From the IMG/VR virus record IMGVR_UViG_3300020202_000177, positions 1-33,229 of that record: a stretch of DNA of 33,229 bases; one strand, 5' to 3'. A program made the position numbers and the translations under genes. Source of the DNA: a virus. Its lineage: Duplodnaviria > Caudoviricetes. Under the pieces are notes generated by a model. The model saw only the letters and a list, made by a program, of their open reading frames with translations. It was not told the DNA's origin and made no database searches. Shown piece by piece: positions 25,708-33,229 of the stretch. Numbering within the stretch: position 1 is the first letter of the stretch; every line of letters starts with the position of its first letter.

Positions 25708-26553
25708 ATGGCGCGTCAATTTACCCCAAATCCGCTAAAAGGAGCAAAAGACCCGCTATGGTGGGTCACCGGAACCGTTAAAAAGAAAAAAAATAACGCT
25801 TCCGCAGATGCGCTTGGCGGTTTCCAGTTTCAGCCTTATGGTGGTGTAAGACCTCCGCAGCCTGAATTTCTCCGACCGACAGAAAAACAGCTATACGAAA
25901 TCCTGTCAAACCGTTCCAAAGGCATTGACGTAGGTTTTGATCCTCAGAGACGGCAATTATTAACAGAGCTTGCCACAAGTCAGAACATGCAAAGGCGTAA
26001 TGACGATGTTAGAAGCGCAGCCGGTTCACTTGCAGCGGCGGGCTTAAGTGGTAACGCAAGGGCTATCGAAGCCTCAAAAGGAAGAGTCGAAAGAGATTCA
26101 GCGAGATCGTTGCAAGACTCTATCACGCAAATTGCGATTGAAGATTTAACAAGAGCCAATGACGAGCGCGACATCAACACTCAGCGTTTTCAAAACTTCA
26201 ATAATTTTAATTTTGGTCAGGCGAACAAAGTAGCGGACTTTGATTTAGACGTTTATAACGCAGAGCAAGGAAACCAAAGATTTGCCAGTTCTGATGATTT
26301 AGCAAGACAGCAATTCGCGACGCAACAATCGCAGTTTAATCAATCACGATCAGACGATCAATTTAACGATATGTCAGGCCTCGCTCTTGCTGGCGCAGAC
26401 CTTTTCTTAGCTTCAAAAGGCGTCCCACCGGGTACGGCTTCCGCAGCGGCGCAAGCCCTTGCGGGAAAAGGCATTGCCCCTGAATCTAAATTGCAGACAC
26501 CTTCTTTTTATAATCAACCGCTTCGATCAAGACGGCAAATAGGAGTCAGATAA
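25708..26553 (+). CDS. Internal virion / DNA ejection protein 1
   Basis: Gln/Ala/Gly-rich helical protein (LAAAGLSG), no Cys; podoviral ejection-gene position; AGGAG RBS. Confidence 0.65.
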   Translation: MARQFTPNPLKGAKDPLWWVTGTVKKKKNNASADALGGFQFQPYGGVRPPQPEFLRPTEKQLYEILSNRSKGIDVGFDPQRRQLLTELATSQNMQRRNDDVRSAAGSLAAAGLSGNARAIEASKGRVERDSARSLQDSITQIAIEDLTRANDERDINTQRFQNFNNFNFGQANKVADFDLDVYNAEQGNQRFASSDDLARQQFATQQSQFNQSRSDDQFNDMSGLALAGADLFLASKGVPPGTASAAAQALAGKGIAPESKLQTPSFYNQPLRSRRQIGVR

Positions 26554-26554
26554 A

Positions 26555-27535
26555 ATGGCCTCGCGTTTTTCAGCAGCTAGAGAATTTGTCCAAAATAAAG
26601 CGAATCAAAAAAGAGAAATGAATAGTGTTGACGCTTTAGTCAAAGAAGCGCAACTAGCAGAACTCGGTTTCGGTGTTCAAAGAAAACCTGAAGTTATGGG
26701 CGGTCTTTTCGGTGGCGGGTATCAGGGTATTACGCGCGATCCGAATTTCATTTCAACGAAAGAACTTGAACGGCAGAAGCTGCAAGGTGATATCGACGAC
26801 ATAAATTTCAAGCGTCAATTAAGAGATCAATATACACAAGGCGGCGGCTTTGGAATGGCAAATGATACCAATAGTCCCACAGTGTTTGACCCCCTGAGCG
26901 GAAAAATGACCCCTAATAAAGCATACGTTACTCCATACCAAAAATGGAAGATGGGGCAAAGCGACGGCCTTACGCCTGGGCAGAGAACAGCAAAAGACAA
27001 ACAGACGGATGAAATTTTCGGACTTGTGGAAACAAACAAAGTTCAGCGGGAAGGTGTTAAAAAGGCGAAAGAATCTTTGCAAAATATTCCGACTGGTTTA
27101 AGTGGAAAAATAAAGATCGGTTTAATGAAAGCCTTCAATCCTGAAAACGCTACTTTGCAAGATTGGCAAAACGTCAAATCAGCATTAACTGAAGCGCAGC
27201 TACGCTACACGCAAAAAACAAAGGGTGCTATTTCTGATAAAGAAATGGGAATGTTTGCTCAAGCGGTTGCAAATGATGATTTAGCAAGCGTTGCGAGAAT
27301 GGCCCCGCAGCTAGACAAACTTCTAAACTTTATGGACGCAGAAGAAAACGCGCAGTTTGGCTCTTATCAAAAGAAATATGGCGAAGATGCTAGAACGTGG
27401 TTCGGAGAAGGCTCAGAGGGTGAAACAAATACCGTTCCGGAATGGGCTGTCGGTAATGAAGATTTTTATAATGAAGCAAAAAAATTTAATTATACAGATG
27501 AAGAAATTATGAAGAAGCTAGGGGTTTCGGCCTAG
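26555..27535 (+). CDS. Internal virion / DNA ejection protein 2 (P22 gp20-like)
   Basis: KGAISDKEM motif; helical; no Cys; synteny. Confidence 0.7.
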   Translation: MASRFSAAREFVQNKANQKREMNSVDALVKEAQLAELGFGVQRKPEVMGGLFGGGYQGITRDPNFISTKELERQKLQGDIDDINFKRQLRDQYTQGGGFGMANDTNSPTVFDPLSGKMTPNKAYVTPYQKWKMGQSDGLTPGQRTAKDKQTDEIFGLVETNKVQREGVKKAKESLQNIPTGLSGKIKIGLMKAFNPENATLQDWQNVKSALTEAQLRYTQKTKGAISDKEMGMFAQAVANDDLASVARMAPQLDKLLNFMDAEENAQFGSYQKKYGEDARTWFGEGSEGETNTVPEWAVGNEDFYNEAKKFNYTDEEIMKKLGVSA

Positions 27536-27671
27536 TTCTTTCGTAAATCTCATCAAGTGACGGACGATTTATTTCGTGTTTGTGTTCTTTTGGAATCGAA
27601 ACAATAACGATGCTATTTAAAACAGAAATAACAAAGGCAAGTAGAGCTAAAACTTTGAAAAAATTATTCAT
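27507..27671 (-). CDS. 54-aa membrane-anchored moron protein with RPSLDEIY motif
   Basis: Manual translation MNNFFKVLALLAFVISVLNSIVIVSIPKEHKHEINRPSLDEIYERTRPKPLASS; start overlaps the stop of the upstream minus-strand gene. Confidence 0.65.
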   Translation of the reverse strand: MNNFFKVLALLAFVISVLNSIVIVSIPKEHKHEINRPSLDEIYERTRPKPLASS

Positions 27672-27981
27672 GGTATTCACCGAATTGTTTTTCTATGGAA
27701 TCGTATTTGCAACCGCAGGAATCCAATCTGCCAGCAAGATAATTGTTTCTTTCAAGAAGAAAATCAATTTCTTTCTCAGATTCGGCGTATGCTGTCTGAA
27801 ATTGTTGAATGGTTTGTTGCTGTTGCGTGACAACATTTTGAAGTTCGTAACACATCATCATTTTCTCTTCATGTTTCCTTTCAGTCATTCGCTGAGCATA
27901 ATCACGAGCCCCAGAATATCTGGAAGCTTCAGCGTAAATACAAAAAGAAAACATGAAGAAAACAAAGAAAATGATTTTCAT
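27664..27981 (-). CDS. Secreted coiled-coil moron protein
   Basis: MKIIFFVFFMFSFCIYAEA| signal; coiled coil. Confidence 0.7.
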   Translation of the reverse strand: MKIIFFVFFMFSFCIYAEASRYSGARDYAQRMTERKHEEKMMMCYELQNVVTQQQQTIQQFQTAYAESEKEIDFLLERNNYLAGRLDSCGCKYDSIEKQFGEYHE

Positions 27982-27985
27982 TTAT

Positions 27986-28156
27986 TTAGTCGTTTAGACC
28001 TAAATAATTTGCGTTGTTATACGGGTTTCCATCGTTTGATGTATCGCGCCAGTAACCAGTGCCGTTTTTATTTGTTTGGTACTTATAACCAGCGAATGCA
28101 GTTTGCGAAATGAAGAGACACAGAACCCCAAAAATAATGATTGTTGCTAGTTTCAT
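27986..28156 (-). CDS. 56-aa secreted moron protein
   Basis: AGGGGGTG RBS; MKLATIIIFGVLCLFISQTAFA|GYKYQTNKNGTGYWRDTSNDGNPYNNANYLGLND. Confidence 0.7.
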   Translation of the reverse strand: MKLATIIIFGVLCLFISQTAFAGYKYQTNKNGTGYWRDTSNDGNPYNNANYLGLND

Positions 28157-28267
28157 AACACCCCCTATTTATGGGGAGGATATTACAACGAAATTTTTAG
28201 TTTGTGCGCGTTATTTTTCATCTGTTAGGAATGTGAGTTTTAGTCCTATAACAAGGAGCGAATCTTA

Positions 28268-30256
28268 ATGGCAGCGGAAAGACCGAGTTTAGACGATCTG
28301 TTTTTAGCTTCAAGAAAAGGCGTGGTCAATCAACCCCTAGCGGAAAGACCGTCTCTTGATGATTTATTTATGAAAACTAAAACACCTGCGGCTACTATCC
28401 AAAAGGAAAGAACGCCAATTCTTCCAGTGGCTGAAGATATACCCGGAATAGCAGCTTCTGGTGTTCACGGCTTAACATTCGGTCTTTCCGACTTCGGCAG
28501 GAAACCAGTTTCAAACATTCTTTCCGGCACACCTGGGGAAATGGTCGAACGCGGAGCGCAGCTATTAAAGAATCCTAAAGAATCTTTAAAGAGGTTTGCA
28601 ATTTCACCGGCAAATACAGTTCAAGACGTAATGTCGGCTGATTTAGCAACGCCTCATAGCGAAGTGGGTTTTCCTGTATTGCCTCAACCGAAGTCAGTAA
28701 CTGGAAAAATTCTCGGTTTAGGTGCTGAAATTGGTACTTCTTCTTTATCAGGAAAGGCAGGAGAAACGGCCCTTAGAGCCGCCTCTCCCGCCTTACGCGC
28801 TAGCGCGGTTAGAACGGCACAAAATATTTTAAAGCCTACTGGACGCTTTGCGAAAAGAAGCGAATCGATAGCGGAAGCGGCATTAGAGCAGGGTGTTTTA
28901 AAATCAAGCGCGAAAGGCACAAAAGAAGCGGCTTTATCCAAAGTAAATAATTTAATGGATGAAGTAGACAATATCGCCCAGTCGGTAAAAGATAAAACCG
29001 TTACGGCTGAAGATGCTTTCAGACGTATGGACGCTTTATCTAAATGGTATCAAAAACGCGGTGACTCTTCCTCCGCTGCAAGAATTCAAGCGATTAAAAA
29101 TGACATAATTCAAGGCGAAAAACTCACGGAGCCTGTTTTCGGTGAAGTCGAAACGGGCCAGTTCGTTATGGGGCCAGCTTCTAAGCAAGTCACCCCTCAA
29201 AAAACGATTGCTGAAAAAGTACCGAATAAGGGTTTTCATAAACCAACACCCGAAAGAACTACAATTCAAAACGAATTAAGAAACGTTATAGAAAATGAAG
29301 CCGACGTTCTTCAAGATATGTCTGGAAATTTCAAGGGCGGTCAAATTATCAGACCGGAAGAAAGCCAAAGCGGATACCGAACGTCTCTGCCTGATTTTAT
29401 GAAGCATCCGGGTACAGGAAACAAGCCTTTAAACAAAAAAGAATTTTTAGATTTGGCCAAGAATAACTTAGAAAGCGGAACCTCGGCTATTGGCGGTAAT
29501 GAAGATTTTTCAGAACTAAATACGGCTTTGAATTCCTTAAATATAAAAACCCCGAATGCTCCAAGCTGGAAATTTGCCGAATCGGAAACTAAAAATAGGA
29601 TTATTACGCCAAAAAAATATTTAGAAAATCCGGATGATATTGTCGCTTTAAATATTCCAGAGACACCGACAAAGCCTCAAAAAATTGTCTCTTTTACTCC
29701 AAAAGAAAAATATTCCTTGCGTGGAGAAACTTTCGGCCCCTCAAAAAAAGAAATTGTAAAAATCGGCGAAAAACCTAGAGAAATGTCGATCGAAACAGCC
29801 TTAGAAAAAAGAAGAGGACAAGACACCCTTTTAAAGACTAAGAAAGTCGGCGGCGGTTACTATTCAGACACTTCCTCACCGGAAGTATTAGGACGGCAAG
29901 AATTCGCAGGAGCTTTAAGAAAAGCGATTACAAAAGAAGTACCTGAAATCGGAGAAAAGAACCGAGTTATTTCTAAACTAATCGACGTTGCGAACGTCGC
30001 CAAGGGGCGGGAATCCGTTTCCAGCCGAAATGATTTATTCGGTTTAGTAGATAATGTAATGACCGCCGGTGGCGTTTTGAATCCGAAAATATGGGCCTTG
30101 TTAGCTGCCAAGAAACTTTATCAAGGCGGCAAGGCTGGACTGGCTAAAAGTTCTTATGCCTTATCGAAAGCAGGAAATAGCAATAATTTAAAAAGACTTC
30201 CACGGAATGCAGCCATAGCGCAGTTTGGAAACAGGCTGCTTGAATACCAATCTTAA
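28268..30256 (+). CDS. Large internal virion / DNA ejection protein 3 (P22 gp16-like position)
   Basis: 662 aa, Ala/Gly-rich, HGLTFGLSD motif, duplicated N-terminal AERPSLDDLF; AGGAG RBS. Confidence 0.7.
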   Translation: MAAERPSLDDLFLASRKGVVNQPLAERPSLDDLFMKTKTPAATIQKERTPILPVAEDIPGIAASGVHGLTFGLSDFGRKPVSNILSGTPGEMVERGAQLLKNPKESLKRFAISPANTVQDVMSADLATPHSEVGFPVLPQPKSVTGKILGLGAEIGTSSLSGKAGETALRAASPALRASAVRTAQNILKPTGRFAKRSESIAEAALEQGVLKSSAKGTKEAALSKVNNLMDEVDNIAQSVKDKTVTAEDAFRRMDALSKWYQKRGDSSSAARIQAIKNDIIQGEKLTEPVFGEVETGQFVMGPASKQVTPQKTIAEKVPNKGFHKPTPERTTIQNELRNVIENEADVLQDMSGNFKGGQIIRPEESQSGYRTSLPDFMKHPGTGNKPLNKKEFLDLAKNNLESGTSAIGGNEDFSELNTALNSLNIKTPNAPSWKFAESETKNRIITPKKYLENPDDIVALNIPETPTKPQKIVSFTPKEKYSLRGETFGPSKKEIVKIGEKPREMSIETALEKRRGQDTLLKTKKVGGGYYSDTSSPEVLGRQEFAGALRKAITKEVPEIGEKNRVISKLIDVANVAKGRESVSSRNDLFGLVDNVMTAGGVLNPKIWALLAAKKLYQGGKAGLAKSSYALSKAGNSNNLKRLPRNAAIAQFGNRLLEYQS

Positions 30257-30266
30257 AGGAGAAATC

Positions 30267-31064
30267 ATGTTTTATACAGAAGAACAAAAACAGGCTTTAA
30301 ATCTAAAATCCGAAATTGAAAGACTTGAAAAACAGTCAAAGCAGCTTCAAGAATCCATTAACGACATGGCGAAAGAGACAGAAAACGCCTATTTGAAGCG
30401 TCGTGCAGCGGTACAGGAATTAGAAGCGGCAAAATTAGAAGGCGAAGCGATTAGAAAAGACCTTCTAAAATTAAAAGAAGAACTGAACCAGAAACAGGCC
30501 GACTTAAACCGTGAAGAAAATAGAATTATCACATTAAGGGAAAAACTTAATGAAGATAAAGACGTTTTCGCAAAAGAACGCGCCGTTTTCCGTCAAAGAG
30601 AAGAAGATTTAGACAAAAAAGAAAAGGCTCTTTTAATTAAAGAAGAGGAGCTTGATAAAAATGAACAATCACTTCAAGAAACGGTTGACGAATTAAACCT
30701 GTCCATAAAAAATAATCAAAAAGAAGCGATTGAATACAACAATATCAGCAAGGCTTTAGAAATTAAACTGAATGACCTTACAAGTAAAGAATCGGAAATT
30801 AATTCCGCTTTAGAGGACATTGAAAAACAAAAGGTTGAACTAAATCACGAACGCGAACTTTTAAAGAAAGAGTTTGAAATCCGAGAAGAAGATTTTATTA
30901 AAAACCGCGACGAAGAACTTAGTAAGATCGAAGCGGAAAAGGAATCTTTAAGAAAAAGAGAATTGGCCTTAATTGATAAGGAAGAAGAAATTGAACGCTC
31001 TTTATCTGAAGTCAAAGCAAAAAAGGAAGATTTGAAGATTAAGACTTCGCGCAAAAAACAATAA
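30267..31064 (+). CDS. Long coiled-coil protein
   Basis: AAGGAG RBS at ATG 30267; Glu/Lys/Leu-rich heptads throughout. Confidence 0.75.
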   Translation: MFYTEEQKQALNLKSEIERLEKQSKQLQESINDMAKETENAYLKRRAAVQELEAAKLEGEAIRKDLLKLKEELNQKQADLNREENRIITLREKLNEDKDVFAKERAVFRQREEDLDKKEKALLIKEEELDKNEQSLQETVDELNLSIKNNQKEAIEYNNISKALEIKLNDLTSKESEINSALEDIEKQKVELNHERELLKKEFEIREEDFIKNRDEELSKIEAEKESLRKRELALIDKEEEIERSLSEVKAKKEDLKIKTSRKKQ

Positions 31065-31093
31065 TTTACTAGCCCATTCGGTAACACCCAATC

Positions 31094-31127
31094 GGCCCAT
31101 TCCCTAAAAGGAGTGGGCCTTTTTTTT
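31094..31127 (+). terminator. Intrinsic terminator
   Basis: GGCCCATTCC-ctaaaa-GGAGTGGGCC followed by T8. Confidence 0.8.
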
Positions 31128-31137
31128 AGGAGAAAAC

Positions 31138-31431
31138 ATGAGCATAGAACAAGCAATGAAGAAAGTTAGGGAGGGACGGGGAACCGATAACGATCATTTC
31201 GTATCTGTCTTTTCTACCGATCTTCTTTTGACTCAGGCAATCGCCTATGACGCCCAAGGCAGAACCGAATATATCGGTTACGCGCAACCCGGAACGGCGC
31301 AAGCTGCGGCGGGGTGGTGCATTAAAAAATTAAGTTACGATGTAAACGGAGTCACCGACATTCAATTTGCTAACGGAGAAGCTAAATTTATAAACATTTG
31401 GGACGACAGAGCAGGACTTTCATACTCATAA
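31138..31431 (+). CDS. Small virion protein associated with tail-fibre genes
   Basis: AGGAG RBS; YIGYAQPG...WCIKK...WDDRA..SYS pattern; coupled to the fibre gene. Confidence 0.65.
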   Translation: MSIEQAMKKVREGRGTDNDHFVSVFSTDLLLTQAIAYDAQGRTEYIGYAQPGTAQAAAGWCIKKLSYDVNGVTDIQFANGEAKFINIWDDRAGLSYS

Positions 31432-33229
31432 TGAAAAAACTATCTATCTTTTTACTCGCGCTTTTTCTTTCGACGAATGCTTTTGCAGCATACCGAGAAG
31501 TTTTTAATCCTCACACTGGAAAACTGGACAAAGTCGGCGTCAGTGAAGTGTCAAAAGACGTTACGACAACCGATTGCTCAAACGGGCAGATTTTAAAATA
31601 TAACGGGGCCATTTGGGCGTGTGCTTCCGATCAGACCGGGGCAGCAGGTTCGACTTTCACAGTAAAAGAGGACGATGCGAGTAAAGATACATCCACTTCT
31701 GTTTTAGATTTTGGGACTGGTATGGATGCAACTTCAAATCCGGCCGGAGAAATTAACGTTTCCCTTGACGCTTCAGAATTAACGTCGGACGCCCAGGTAT
31801 TTTATAACAATGGCGGCGCTTTTGGCGGGGATGCTCAATTTACCTTTGACGATGTTAATGACGTTGTCTCGATAGGCCACGCAACAACCGCCAATACAAA
31901 TACCCCTCTGGTCGTGTCTCGGCGTGGCGGTTCTAATAACATGATTTACGCTATGAACATGCGCAGAGATGTTACTGATATTACAGACGGCGGTGGTATT
32001 GGAATTCTAGGATCGTCTCAGACGTTTAATTTGGGGGCGATTCAATTTGGAAGCACAAATGTTGCCGGGCAAGATGGGAGAGTTAGAATTTTACCGACGA
32101 ATAACGGCGGTTTGGTAAGTGGCCTTTTTTCCATTGATGAAAACGGTGTTCAAATCATGGGGAATGGCGACCCAAGCGCACCTCTTGAATTAGGGCATAG
32201 TGCGGGATTAACACCGATTGTTATAGAGGGAACCGCAGATGACGGCTTTGAAACAACACTTGCTTTCGGTGAACCCGCTGTATCCGATAAACAAATTACG
32301 TTTTTTAATGCTACCGACACGGTTTTAGGAAGAGACACGACAGACACACTTACAAATAAAACTCTTTCTGCTTCAAACAATGTCATAGAAGCCGATTCCT
32401 TAAAAGATGCAGATCACGGCGAGTTTACTTGCGCGAGTGCTTCCTGCACGATTGACAATGATGTCGTTTCAAATGACGAAGTAGCACCCCAGGCAGTTTC
32501 TACAGATCAAATCCAGGCTTCAAACAAACCTACGGACGGAATGCTTTTGACTTACAACGGCGCTTCCTTAAAAGCTCAGTGGAAAACTTGTACTGAAGTC
32601 ACTGGCGCAGCGGGTTTATGCGACGGCAATGATGCTTCCGGCGGCGGTGGTGGAACTCAAGTTATCGAAGATTACTTAATAGATGTTACAGCAAACGGCG
32701 GTGTTTCTTTTGACTCCACAGAAGTTTCTAAAGATACAACTTGGAGCAATGGAACTTTAGGAGCGTATAAGAATATTTATCATTTAGGCGGTGGGGCGCA
32801 AGCTATGACCGTCCGAGGAACCGGATTCGATTTTTCTGGAAGTGTCACGGTTTCTTCCGATTTAACCATTACCGGCGACAACATAGAAGCGACCACAGAA
32901 ACAGACCGCTTTGTCTTTATGGCAAATGGAAGTACTTATGCTCCTGAAGCAATCGATTTAGGAACAGATACGGCTGGAAATTACGCGGCCTCTAATTCAG
33001 AAGGTGGAGATGCAACGGGTATCGCGGCAAATACAGTCGTGGCGGCTGATATTGCTAATGGAGATCACGGAGATTTTACCTATTCTTCAAACGTGGCGGC
33101 TTTAGATGCGAACGTTGTTTCTGCCGATGAAATCGCAGTTCAATCCGTAACGCCGTCCGATTTAGAAGCTTCGGATACTTTAGCGAATCTTGAAATCCCA
33201 ACTTACAATTCCACTTCTGGAAAGTTTCA
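31431..33229 (+). CDS. Long tail fibre/adhesin with Sec signal peptide, 3'-truncated
   Basis: Absent from the ORF track because it has no stop in the window. TAATG coupling; MKKLSIFLLALFLSTNAFA|AYREVFNPHTGKLD; fibre motifs NGQILKYNG..W, YNNGGAFGG and TDTLTNKTL. Confidence 0.85.
   Translation, partial: MKKLSIFLLALFLSTNAFAAYREVFNPHTGKLDKVGVSEVSKDVTTTDCSNGQILKYNGAIWACASDQTGAAGSTFTVKEDDASKDTSTSVLDFGTGMDATSNPAGEINVSLDASELTSDAQVFYNNGGAFGGDAQFTFDDVNDVVSIGHATTANTNTPLVVSRRGGSNNMIYAMNMRRDVTDITDGGGIGILGSSQTFNLGAIQFGSTNVAGQDGRVRILPTNNGGLVSGLFSIDENGVQIMGNGDPSAPLELGHSAGLTPIVIEGTADDGFETTLAFGEPAVSDKQITFFNATDTVLGRDTTDTLTNKTLSASNNVIEADSLKDADHGEFTCASASCTIDNDVVSNDEVAPQAVSTDQIQASNKPTDGMLLTYNGASLKAQWKTCTEVTGAAGLCDGNDASGGGGGTQVIEDYLIDVTANGGVSFDSTEVSKDTTWSNGTLGAYKNIYHLGGGAQAMTVRGTGFDFSGSVTVSSDLTITGDNIEATTETDRFVFMANGSTYAPEAIDLGTDTAGNYAASNSEGGDATGIAANTVVAADIANGDHGDFTYSSNVAALDANVVSADEIAVQSVTPSDLEASDTLANLEIPTYNSTSGKF

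Larger units (their letters stand above)
1..33229 (+). mobile_element. Temperate podovirus-like bacteriophage genome segment (both ends outside the window)
   Basis: Integrase, replication, packaging, capsid, short-tail and ejection modules in canonical order; no host housekeeping genes seen. Confidence 0.95.

Noticed and set aside
27580-28113. 177-aa plus-strand ORF
   Set aside because: Antisense shadow of three well-formed minus-strand genes that have an RBS or coupling and signal peptides.
30267-31064. Tape measure protein or SMC ATPase
   Set aside because: No ATPase motifs, and the phage has short-tail architecture; left as a coiled-coil protein of unknown role.
32150-32386. Minus-strand 78-aa ORF and similar short antisense ORFs within structural genes
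   Set aside because: Antisense shadows of long, well-supported plus-strand genes.
23731-33229. Diversity-generating retroelement or invertible fibre cassette
   Set aside because: No reverse transcriptase, no TR/VR near-identical repeat pair and no invertase sites were noticed; the fibre 3' end is outside the window.
1-33229. Alternative genetic code (stop codon reassignment)
   Set aside because: Long genes are intact in code 11, and TAA, TAG and TGA all occur as coupled stops.

Overview
The whole window is a temperate, podovirus-type (P22/T7-like short tail) bacteriophage genome segment, almost entirely on the + strand. Gene order: metallophosphoesterase (truncated) - tyrosine integrase - small RHH regulator - structured RNA - attP-like 3' half of a tRNA plus terminator - early operon (secreted SleB-type hydrolase, recombination proteins, replication initiator with internal iterons, NinG-like HNH, many small Zn-finger ORFs, several closed GC-rich RNA structures) - terminase, portal, scaffold, major capsid, capsid decoration protein, adaptor, nozzle, tail fibres, ejection proteins - minus-strand moron cassette - tail fibre running off the end. 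The most striking observation is that five virion-module genes (capsid decoration protein, two tail fibres, a tail-fibre chaperone-like protein and a small fibre-like protein) carry classical Sec signal peptides, three of them also even or closely paired cysteines, and a phage-encoded O-antigen-ligase/oligosaccharyltransferase-family membrane protein sits inside the tail module. This suggests periplasmic folding, glycosylation and late assembly of outer virion parts. A tiny membrane protein in the moron also carries a copy (RPSLDEIY) of the N-terminal repeat motif of the neighbouring ejection protein (RPSLDDLF). All family calls are from motif recognition and synteny only; no database search was run.
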